Origin: Microcoleaceae cyanobacterium
Lineage (GTDB): Bacteria; Cyanobacteriota; Cyanobacteriia; Cyanobacteriales; Microcoleaceae
DNA: 56,907 nt
Assembly: GCA_051652765.1 (NCBI GenBank)
Contig: JBOFUV010000087.1
Coordinates: forward strand, 1 to 56,907
Reading direction: 5' to 3'
Of this stretch, positions 27,799 through 36,471 are shown piece after piece. Position 1 is the first letter of the stretch. Each line of letters starts with the position of its first letter. The notes beneath the pieces were generated by a model. The model was not told the origin of the DNA. It worked only from the letters and a program-made list of their open reading frames with translations, and did not search any database. Both the position numbers and the translations under genes were made by a program.

Positions 27799-28680
27799 GG
27801 GCGGCTGTAAAGATGGGCTGCCGCCTAGAGTGACCTTGGACAAAGGAATCAGATTGCTCATGAAAACATCTTCGGTCAAGGGACGATCAAAAATAGCGCC
27901 CCTGGCCTGCAGTTCAAGTTGAGTGATTCTGGATAAACCAATCGATCCTGAAAAATTAGCGTCCTGAACATGAGCATGGGTGAGATGAGCCCCACTTAAG
28001 TCGGTACTTCTGAGATCGGCTTCCATTAAATTCGCTTCTATCAAGTTCGCCCCAATCAAGTTGGCTCGACTGAGGTTGACCCGTCTCAGATCTTGACCAA
28101 CGGCTCCTTGGGTGAGAATTTTCTGAACCAATCGCCACTTATCATCAATTTGAGTCATTTCATTTAAGACTGTGCCACTGAGGTTAACGCCTGCTAAATC
28201 AACCCCAGCGAGATTAGTTCCTCGCAAATCAGCCCCAATTAAGTTGACATGCTGCATGTTGGCCTGCTCAAAATTCCCGTGGCTTAAATTGGCTCCAACC
28301 ATTTGAGCATGGCTTAAATTGGCCCCACGAAAATCTGCCCTGACACACTGAGCCGAAACTAAATTAGCGTCCATTAAGTGAGCCTGAACTAAACTTGCAC
28401 AGCTTAAATCAGCTTCGGCCAACTCAGAGCCACTCAAGTCAGCACCATTCAAATTAGCTCCTGTTAGCTTCGCCTTTTGCAAGTTAACGTTGGTCAGATT
28501 CGCCCACGATAGATTGGCCTCTACCAATAGAGTTTCTGTTAAATCAGCATTAACAAGATTGGCATGGCTAAAGTTGGCATGGCTGAACACTAAACCGACC
28601 AACCTGGAACCGATGAGAATTGCAGATTGGAAATCCCGATAACCCTGAGCATAGCGCTCAAGTAGGACTTTGCTATCCAT
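27781..28680 (-). CDS. Pentapeptide repeat protein
   Basis: A(N/D)Lxx repeats; LLERYAQGYRDF N-terminus. Confidence 0.95.
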   Translation of the reverse strand: MDSKVLLERYAQGYRDFQSAILIGSRLVGLVFSHANFSHANLVNADLTETLLVEANLSWANLTNVNLQKAKLTGANLNGADLSGSELAEADLSCASLVQAHLMDANLVSAQCVRADFRGANLSHAQMVGANLSHGNFEQANMQHVNLIGADLRGTNLAGVDLAGVNLSGTVLNEMTQIDDKWRLVQKILTQGAVGQDLRRVNLSRANLIGANLIEANLMEADLRSTDLSGAHLTHAHVQDANFSGSIGLSRITQLELQARGAIFDRPLTEDVFMSNLIPLSKVTLGGSPSLQPPLAQPL

Positions 28681-28744
28681 ATAAGATCCTGAGAAATTGA
28701 ATAAGACAGTAGAAGCGAAGCGACACCCACCCCATTGAAATTAT

Positions 28745-29016
28745 TTCTACAACTAGTCTGACTCGGTGAAGCATTCCGAGTGAAGTACCTCCAACCGACT
28801 TAAAGTACTTCATGGGTCAGGGCATGAACAACTAGAGGTAGCACCCCCGATACTTTAACCTTCGCAGCAGCAGCGAGCGATTGGCCTATCCGAGTCTTGT
28901 AGGTCGGGTTCCCTAGCATCAACCTAACACGCCTTTCAGAATGTTGGGTCTTGCCACCTCGACACCAATCTATACAACCCCCATTAAACCAGTCAACTAG
29001 TGGTTACTAGCTAATG
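28745..29016 (-). ncRNA. Structured leader / unnamed RNA motif, copy B, upstream of pentapeptide gene
   Basis: Several hairpins (ACTCGG/CCGAGT, TGAAGTAC/GTACTTCA, ACCCAACA/TGTTAGGT); core shared with copy A. Confidence 0.45.
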
Positions 29017-29038
29017 TTTAGGCAGTAGTTATCAAGGC

Positions 29039-29150
29039 TATAGCAATCCTCAATTATAAGAGAGATCAGAGAGGGGTTTGGGAACTTCGTCCTCAAGGAG
29101 GGGCATTGCCCTCTCCACCCCCTGCTCACAAACCATTTGAGATCGCTATA
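29039..29150. repeat. MITE-like repeat, family 1
   Basis: TATAGCAATC...GATCGCTATA terminal inverted repeats; related in reverse to 36337-36463. Confidence 0.75.
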
Positions 29151-29579
29151 GAACTGTTAATGCTACAAACTGCTAACGCTACAACATAAAACATGAATCT
29201 ACAGCTAATCCTGGAAAATCCAAATTTGTATCGTACTTATCATACTGTAAAAAAAAGATGATTTTGTAGCAGAAAAAACATTTTTAAATTTCGGATCAGA
29301 AGGAGACATTGCTTTCATTATATTGTGCCTGCCCATGCTCTAGAATCAACGTTGCTTTGATGGAATAACCTGAGAAAGATTCCATGACTTAATTCACGTT
29401 TTCCAAGTTGTTAACAACTGTAACTAGCCTTTGTCAAGTTTACTTCCCGTAATCAAAACTAAAATTACATCTTGATAAACTCAAGCAGAAGCATTAATTT
29501 TTAAACTAAAGATATCAATATTTACATTAACATACATATCAAGTCTTACAACAATTTTTAACTTTATTCATTGCGATAA

Positions 29580-29685
29580 TATAGCGATTTTTAAATCAGT
29601 GAAGAGCATCTGAGCTAGTTAAATTCTCCTTTTCGAGGGGATATAGGGAAATGCTCTGGATCGCATCTGAGTAAAAACGGCTGTA
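29580..29685. repeat. MITE-like repeat, family 2
   Basis: TATAGCGATTTTT...AAAAACGGCTGTA; homologous to 34011-34115 and 55609-55714. Confidence 0.75.
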
Positions 29686-29704
29686 GGCCAGATGATTGAC
29701 CCAG

Positions 29705-29770
29705 TATAACAATCAGCAATGATTTATGAAATGTCTGCACCACGTTCACACTTCAAATCTGATTGCTATA
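29705..29770. repeat. Internally deleted MITE-like repeat, family 1
   Basis: Both ends match the ends of 36337-36463. Confidence 0.7.
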
Positions 29771-29796
29771 ATCAGATTCCTACACCTCTAAAACCG

Positions 29797-31098
29797 TTAT
29801 CTCTGGTTCCATGCAGTTTCAGCATCGGCGATCGCCTGTGCCACCGTTTTTTGATTGAGCATGGCTGCCTGAAGATTTTCGTAGATCACTTTCTGGAGTT
29901 GCTTGATGTCCTCAAGGGGAGGGAGCAGCATTTCAGCTTGACTGAGTTCCTGGGCGCTAATCATTCGGGCTTGGTCGGCTGGGGTTGGGGAGGCTGGCAG
30001 TGTTTGAAAGTACTGATCTTTCAAGGTTTCAGCCGTTGAGGGTAAGACATTGGCCGCCTTTGAAAATGCCAGTTGGTTCTGTGGATTCGTCACGAACAAA
30101 GCAAATTTAACCGCTTGATCAGGATGATCGGTTTGCTGAGGAATGACTAGATTCATCACAGCAACGGTTTTCTTGCCCGTTTGTCCAGTCATTTGGGGAG
30201 CTGGGGCCGAAACCTTGGCAATATCTGGGGCACTGTCAGCGATCGCTTGAAAAAATTGTGGCCCAGAGGCAAGGATAACCAATTCTCCCCCTTGGTATAG
30301 CTCTACGGCTCGTCGATGGCCTTGGGTCAACACCTCTTGAGGCAAGAGTTTCTGTTGATATAAATCCACCCAATACTGGAATGCAGCTTGACCTGCTGGC
30401 GTGTTAAAAGCAGCTTTCCCCTCTGGATCGACCAGTTGCACATCCATCTGAACTAAGGACTGTAAAACCTGGGCTGAGTCTTCTGGAACAAAAGAAAAGA
30501 AAGCTGCATATTTTCCAGTTTTTTCCTTGACCTGTTGAGCAACTTTTGCAAGTTCAGCATAGGTTTTGGGGGGAGCCACAATTCCCGCTTGTTTCAACAG
30601 TTCTGTGTTGTAAATGGTGATTTGAGTGGTGAGATACCAGGGCAGTCCAAAGGTCGTTTGTGTGCAGGTTTCACCCTGACAAACTTCTAAATGATTGGCC
30701 TGCCAAATATTCGGTAAATACTTTGACTGTTCTTCATCTGAAACCATTTTACCGATGTTTAACCAGGCATTTCTCCCTGCCAATAATGCTGCAAAATCAG
30801 GGTTAAGATTAACAACATCAGGGGCAGTTTTTGCGGAAACTGCGGCTAGAATTTTGCTTTCCATTGCCGACCAGGGGACATCAACCCATTTCACAGTAGT
30901 TTCAGGATTTGCAGCTTCAAAATTAGTGATTAAGGTATTAAAATATTCTGTAAATTGAGGCTGAAGTTGCATCGTCCAGAATTCTATTGCCTGATTGTTC
31001 TGATTTGAAGAATTAGAGGTAGATTGGGTACAACTCACACTCCAACTGAGTAAAATTCCGACCAAGAACAATATAATTAACCGTCTCCAAATCTTCAT
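29797..31098 (-). CDS. Sugar ABC transporter substrate-binding lipoprotein
   Basis: Signal peptide/lipobox SVSC, IEFWTMQL, APDVVNLNP; start set to MKIWRR. Confidence 0.88.
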   Translation of the reverse strand: MKIWRRLIILFLVGILLSWSVSCTQSTSNSSNQNNQAIEFWTMQLQPQFTEYFNTLITNFEAANPETTVKWVDVPWSAMESKILAAVSAKTAPDVVNLNPDFAALLAGRNAWLNIGKMVSDEEQSKYLPNIWQANHLEVCQGETCTQTTFGLPWYLTTQITIYNTELLKQAGIVAPPKTYAELAKVAQQVKEKTGKYAAFFSFVPEDSAQVLQSLVQMDVQLVDPEGKAAFNTPAGQAAFQYWVDLYQQKLLPQEVLTQGHRRAVELYQGGELVILASGPQFFQAIADSAPDIAKVSAPAPQMTGQTGKKTVAVMNLVIPQQTDHPDQAVKFALFVTNPQNQLAFSKAANVLPSTAETLKDQYFQTLPASPTPADQARMISAQELSQAEMLLPPLEDIKQLQKVIYENLQAAMLNQKTVAQAIADAETAWNQR

Positions 31099-31224
31099 CA
31101 GTTTTTTAAAAGTCAAACTTACAATAGTTAGATTCATCACAGTCAGGAAATCAGAATAGGTTACAGAAAACAGATAACACGGGAAGATAAAAGGAGTCAT
31201 CCCAGTATTTTCTACTCTACTGTA

Positions 31225-31986
31225 ATGAGAACCTGCACAACCCTCCGAGTTTCTATTATCATCCCAACCCTGAATGAAGCCGATTGTCTACAACGCACCC
31301 TGAACTGTCTACAACATCTCAATCCTCCAGCCTGGGAAATCATTGTCGTAGATGGTAACAGTGAAGATGAAACCCTGGCGATCGCCCAATCTGCAGGAGT
31401 TAAGGTGATCTCCAGCGAGCTTCGACAACGCTCTGTTCAGATGAATCGAGGGGCTGAAGTCGCTACAGGGCAGGTGTTGTGCTTTGTTCATGCCGATACC
31501 CTGGTTCCTGACGATTTGGTGCGGCTAATTCACCAAACACTGATGGATTCTAGGGTTGTTGCGGGAGGGTTCATCTCTATTATGGCGGGAGAAAAAACGA
31601 CCCGCTGGGGAATTTCATTTCATAACTGGCTAAAAACTTACTATGCTCCCTTGCTCTTTCGTCCCCATTTATTTATTAAAGGACTGCGAATTTTATTTGG
31701 AGATCAAGTGATCTTTTGTTGCCATGAAGCATTTAAAAAATGTGGCGGATTTGATCCCCATTTACCGATTATGGAGGATGCAGATTTGTGTCGAAAATTA
31801 GTTCATCAGGGGCGAATTTATCTAGTGAATCGTACAGTTCAAACTAGCGATCGCCGAGTTGTCCGTTGGGGAGCTTTTAAGGCAACCTTAATCTATCTTT
31901 GGATTGGTTTGTTATGGGGATTAGGAATTTCAGCAAAATCTCTTCAGCAATTTTATCAAGAGGATGGAGGGATGCTAAAACCCTGA
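31225..31986 (+). CDS. GT2 glycosyltransferase (TIGR04283-like)
   Basis: SIIIPTLNE, VVDGNSED, FVHADT, FGDQ, IMED. Confidence 0.88.
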   Translation: MRTCTTLRVSIIIPTLNEADCLQRTLNCLQHLNPPAWEIIVVDGNSEDETLAIAQSAGVKVISSELRQRSVQMNRGAEVATGQVLCFVHADTLVPDDLVRLIHQTLMDSRVVAGGFISIMAGEKTTRWGISFHNWLKTYYAPLLFRPHLFIKGLRILFGDQVIFCCHEAFKKCGGFDPHLPIMEDADLCRKLVHQGRIYLVNRTVQTSDRRVVRWGAFKATLIYLWIGLLWGLGISAKSLQQFYQEDGGMLKP

Positions 31987-32240
31987 TCGACAAAGCTTCA
32001 GGAAGGTTCTCAGTGATTTATTATAAATGACTGAAGACTGCTATATACTACTGGGGAAATCAATATACTGATTGTTCATCCGATCAGGTTCAAGCTTGAA
32101 GAGTTGTAGGGGCGTTGCTCCTACCCGGAGACTGCCCCAAGATTCACAGACTTCACTACTGTGGAAAAACTGTCAGGATCAAACCCCGATCAAACAATTC
32201 AGTAAAGTAATCTAGGAAAGCAACTCAGGGACTGACATTT

Positions 32241-33974
32241 ATGGAAAGTAGTTATTCAAGTATGTTGACATGGATGAAGGCGTATCGACCGCTTTTTTTT
32301 GAAAGTCTATCAGGAATCACTGCAATTCATGGGCACACGATTTTAGCGTGTGATTACAGTCGAGGGTTATTAACCGAAATTAATTTAGCAACAGAAACAG
32401 AAGGTTTTAAGCCGAACTATAATGTTCAGGACTATGCTGAAATTGACGGGATTTGTTATTTTGACGGCAGGCTATACTCGGTTTATCAAAACAATATCTA
32501 CGTCGCTCCTTACGGGCTGTCCGAACCTGAACTCAACCCCAAGCTCTTTTTGAGCATCCCCAACTGCAGTAATTTAACGGGGATTGCAGTGACGGCTGAA
32601 ACTATATATTTAGCAACGGAAAATCGCAGTATTCTCTCCTGTGATCAGCAAACAAAAGCAGTTGAAACAGTGGCAAAATCTCCTGGGACTGGAGTTGATG
32701 ATCTCTGTGTTTTTCAAGGAAATCTATTTATTGCAGATGCTGTAGAGCAGACGATCTATGTCTTAAATCTTGAAACTCAACAGGTGATTGAGGAGATTTT
32801 GACCCCATTTGAAAATCCTACAGGACTTACGTTTATCCAAGACGATCAAATCGTGGGAGGCCGACTTTATATTGCTTACTCCAGGCCGAGTTTTGAGATT
32901 TATGACACAGGAGACAGTGAGTTCAAACTAAAGATTGAGACTCCTGTTGCTGATAATTTCATTTATCCATTAATATTTAAGCGCAGCCCCAAGAAAACAG
33001 CAGTCTTATCGAACCCTTTCTGGATCGAGATGTACTACGTTGAAAAGCTACACGCCTTGCCAGAAGTGAGTGATCGCCATCCAGTTGTTCGGAATCTTGA
33101 TTGGAAAATTTCGTTGCCGATGGATACGGATCGACAGCAGTTAATCTCCCTAGAAAAAATTGGGGATTTTGACATGAAAATTGAAACAATTTCAGAGGAA
33201 GAAAATCGCCAGGTTGCTGTGTTTTCAATCCCGGAAATTAACTTAGAAACTGACCGTAAAGTGTTTGGTTGGAAAGCTACGATTAAAACAGCTAGCATTC
33301 GTTATTTTGCCTCCCCCGATCAGATTCCTGAAATTTCTGAAGATGAGTTGCAGCGCTATGCCCAATACCTAAAGGATGAACCGGGTCTGGATATGAATCA
33401 TCCCTCTGTGATTCGGGCTGCCGAGGAAGCCGTTCAATCCCTGGCTGATGCCGACAAACATAATCCCTTGGCCAAGGTGAAAGCGATCCGAGACTACGTT
33501 TATGCCACGTTAACCTATGTGATGGATGCCTATCATGATGGCACTGAAACGGTTTTGCGTCAGGGAGAAGGTTCCTGTGGCGAATATTTGAAGGTCTTTC
33601 TTTCTCTGCTCCGGCTGAATCAGATCCCCGCCCGTGAGTGCGGCAATTACAAAGTTCCCGCTTACAAAATGCAGGCTGGGGCAAAGTCAATGGTGTTGTC
33701 TCCTGACTTTAATCATGTCTGGTTACAGTTTTATCTGCCTAACCTGGGATGGGTTCCCCTTGAATCCAGTGCCGACGATGGATCAGCCGCATTTCGGGAT
33801 TGGGCCCAACGTTACTTTATGGCCTTGGCGTGGTATCACGTTGAATGTCGTCTGGGCAGCTATTTTGAAGAGGTGTTTGAAGCCGGAACAGACACCCGTT
33901 TCTTCCTAGCCCCTGGAGATTTGGCTATCAAAGATATCAAATTCCGGGTTCTGGGAGAGATTGGTTTAGATTAA
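32241..33974 (+). CDS. Transglutaminase-like domain protein with N-terminal beta-propeller
   Basis: GSCGEY (Cys), NHVWLQFY (His), GWVPLE. Confidence 0.85.
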   Translation: MESSYSSMLTWMKAYRPLFFESLSGITAIHGHTILACDYSRGLLTEINLATETEGFKPNYNVQDYAEIDGICYFDGRLYSVYQNNIYVAPYGLSEPELNPKLFLSIPNCSNLTGIAVTAETIYLATENRSILSCDQQTKAVETVAKSPGTGVDDLCVFQGNLFIADAVEQTIYVLNLETQQVIEEILTPFENPTGLTFIQDDQIVGGRLYIAYSRPSFEIYDTGDSEFKLKIETPVADNFIYPLIFKRSPKKTAVLSNPFWIEMYYVEKLHALPEVSDRHPVVRNLDWKISLPMDTDRQQLISLEKIGDFDMKIETISEEENRQVAVFSIPEINLETDRKVFGWKATIKTASIRYFASPDQIPEISEDELQRYAQYLKDEPGLDMNHPSVIRAAEEAVQSLADADKHNPLAKVKAIRDYVYATLTYVMDAYHDGTETVLRQGEGSCGEYLKVFLSLLRLNQIPARECGNYKVPAYKMQAGAKSMVLSPDFNHVWLQFYLPNLGWVPLESSADDGSAAFRDWAQRYFMALAWYHVECRLGSYFEEVFEAGTDTRFFLAPGDLAIKDIKFRVLGEIGLD

Positions 33975-34010
33975 GTTTAGATCAGGTTTAGATCAGGTTT
34001 AGATTAGGTT

Positions 34011-34115
34011 TACAGTTGTTTGTATTCAGATGCGACCCGGAGCGATCCCCCTTAAATCTCCCTTGAAAAGAGGGACTTGAGTGAGATGTTCCTTACTGAC
34101 TTAAAAACCGCTGTA
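34011..34115. repeat. MITE-like repeat, family 2
   Basis: Reverse homologue of 29580-29685 and 55609-55714. Confidence 0.75.
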
Positions 34116-34226
34116 GATTGAAAGAGGTTCAGTCACTCGTTAGTCACCGAGCTAATTGAGAGTTAATTGAGAGCTAATTAAGGGCTAATTTACGGCGTTA
34201 GTTGTGCAGGCCACTCATTACTCATT

Positions 34227-34709
34227 GTGCAGGTTACTGATTATGTCACCCATTGTCATTGGATGCGTCGGGCTCTAGAACTGGCAAATCGTGCCGGAGA
34301 GGCCGGAGAAGTTCCCGTTGGGGCTGTAGTTATAGATAGCCAGGGCCAACTCCTGGCAGAAGCCGAAAACCAACGCGAGCGAGACTGTGACGCAACCGCC
34401 CATGCTGAAATCTTAGTCTTGCGCCGAGCAGGTCAAGTCTTGGGCAACTGGCATTTGAATGAATGCAGTCTCTATGTGACGCTGGAGCCTTGTGCGATGT
34501 GTTCAGGGGCAATTGTTCAAGCTCGACTGAAACTTCTGGTTTATGGAGCAGACGATCCAAAGGCTGGCACAATCCGTACCGTTGCCAATATTCCCGATAG
34601 TGTTTTTTCCTTTCATCGCCTCACGGTATTGGGAGGAATTCTAGAGTCTCCCTGTCGTCAGCAATTGCAGACTTGGTTTGCTCAGCGGCGCGAATCTTCA
34701 CACCGCTGA
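34227..34709 (+). CDS. tadA: tRNA adenosine(34) deaminase
   Basis: GEVPVGAV, HAE, TLEPCAMC. Confidence 0.93.
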   Translation: MQVTDYVTHCHWMRRALELANRAGEAGEVPVGAVVIDSQGQLLAEAENQRERDCDATAHAEILVLRRAGQVLGNWHLNECSLYVTLEPCAMCSGAIVQARLKLLVYGADDPKAGTIRTVANIPDSVFSFHRLTVLGGILESPCRQQLQTWFAQRRESSHR

Positions 34710-35045
34710 GGTTCTTCCTGATCTAAAATCATAAGATTAATAGAGTAAGCATGGGGTGCTAGTTGTTGCGATGAGTCGATTGATACGCGATCGCACGGTT
34801 CACTGAGGATCATTCGCGGACAAAGTGTATGCTTTAGTCTGAGTTTTGTGTTTTGAATTCTTTGTTTCAAGCTCTTGGTTTACATTCACGTCTGTCTCAA
34901 TGAGAGAGCGACCCTTGTAAAAGGTGTCATGAATGCGGACTGACAGTAAAAGAAGTGTCCTTGGTAAAAGGACAGTTTGTGCTAAAAATTTTACTTTAGA
35001 GTCATAGGTAATGACTAATGACTCTGGACAATCATCTGAACAGCC

Positions 35046-35843
35046 ATGGTAACCCTGAACTCCACTTCCTCCCCTCTAAATATGTCAGTCCCTCCAATGG
35101 GAACCCCGATGAAATCTACCCTTGAACTGCATCTGCCAAATCAAACTTTAAGGGAGAAATCAGAGGTTTCTCCACTGCTCATCTCTCTGGCTTATCCCTT
35201 GGCCTACGGTGTAGTTTTGCCACTTTATTTCAGTCGAATTGAGGTCTTAGGCCAGGACAATATCCCGAAAACGGGGCCTGTAATCCTAGCACCAACCCAT
35301 CGTTCCCGCTGGGACGCCCTGATTGTTCCCTATGCCACAGGCCGATATGCGACCGGAAGAGACTTGCGCTACATGGTAACCGTTGATGAGATGCAGGGTT
35401 TACAGGGTTGGTTTATTCGGCGCATGGGGGGGTTTGCGGTGAACCAGAAACGCCCAACAACGGCGACATTGCGTCAGGCCATCAACATCTTACAAAACAG
35501 TGAAATGATGGCAATTTTTCCGGAAGGAAATATTTTTCGGGATCAACACATCCATTGCCTCAAGCCGGGACTAGCTCGCCTTGCCCTGCAGGCCGAATCA
35601 ACCGCTTTTCCCCTGGGAATTCAGATTATTCCCATTGCCCTCCACTACGAACCTGTGATTCCTTGTATGGGGTCTCAGGTCAGGGTTAATATTGGCTCTC
35701 CCCTGAAGGTGAAAAACTACTGTCAGGGTTCTCCGAAGAAAGCCGCCCAAGCGTTGATGTCAGATCTCAGCAGTGCCCTGCATGACCTTGATCAAGCCTC
35801 GCGGTTTCAGGGAACTGCACCGTCTCAACACCGGACTGATTGA
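35046..35843 (+). CDS. plsC: 1-acyl-sn-glycerol-3-phosphate acyltransferase
   Basis: THRSRWD (HxxxxD), FPEG. Confidence 0.88.
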   Translation: MVTLNSTSSPLNMSVPPMGTPMKSTLELHLPNQTLREKSEVSPLLISLAYPLAYGVVLPLYFSRIEVLGQDNIPKTGPVILAPTHRSRWDALIVPYATGRYATGRDLRYMVTVDEMQGLQGWFIRRMGGFAVNQKRPTTATLRQAINILQNSEMMAIFPEGNIFRDQHIHCLKPGLARLALQAESTAFPLGIQIIPIALHYEPVIPCMGSQVRVNIGSPLKVKNYCQGSPKKAAQALMSDLSSALHDLDQASRFQGTAPSQHRTD

Positions 35844-35882
35844 TCCTAACCAACTGAGTTTTTGGTCTTCTACTGGTTTTCC

Positions 35883-36293
35883 CTAACGTTGCTGTAGATC
35901 GTGTTGTCGGAGATAGCGTTCTACAAGAATGATTGCCACAATATCATCGACGGCCCTAGGAGGAGTCCGCATTCCCTGGGGAATTAAACGAGTCAATCCC
36001 TGGGGCGGATACATCTGCCAATAGCGATCGCGGGCCTCTAGACTGCTATAGCGTTCATCCACTTGAATAATTGGAACTGATGCAGGCAAAGCCTCTTGTA
36101 GCTTTTGTTGCCAGGAACGAGCGGTCGTTTGGTTGCCCATCACAATCTGGTCAATCGAAAACTGCTGGCACAGGGTTTTCAAGGTGGTAATGACTTCAGA
36201 TGCGAGTACAACTTGATGAAAAGGACTGTTCCCACTTTGATCAACAATTGCTACTCCACACTTATCTTGACCCGGATCGAAGCCTAAAATCAT
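35883..36293 (-). CDS. yqgF: YqgF/RuvX family nuclease
   Basis: ILGFDPG, VDERYSS, VDDIVA. Confidence 0.88.
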   Translation of the reverse strand: MILGFDPGQDKCGVAIVDQSGNSPFHQVVLASEVITTLKTLCQQFSIDQIVMGNQTTARSWQQKLQEALPASVPIIQVDERYSSLEARDRYWQMYPPQGLTRLIPQGMRTPPRAVDDIVAIILVERYLRQHDLQQR

Positions 36294-36336
36294 GCAATGC
36301 AGATGCCAAAATTCTGAGGGCAGTCTTTTTTATTTG

Positions 36337-36463
36337 TATAGCAATCAGCAATGATTTGTGAACAGGAGGTGAAGGGGGCGTTGCTCCCTGCTTGAGGACT
36401 GCGTCCCCAAACCCCGTTCTAGTTTTTCTCACATCATTCACACTTTCAAACTAGATTGCTATA
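36337..36463. repeat. MITE-like repeat, family 1
   Basis: TATAGCAATC...GATTGCTATA perfect 10-bp terminal inverted repeats. Confidence 0.8.
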
Positions 36464-36471
36464 GGTATATC

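Noticed and set aside
28880..28960. c-di-GMP-I riboswitch or type V-K CRISPR repeat identity for the motif
   Set aside because: Only superficial similarity; lacks the GGACGCAAA junction and the GTTGAAAG end; left unnamed
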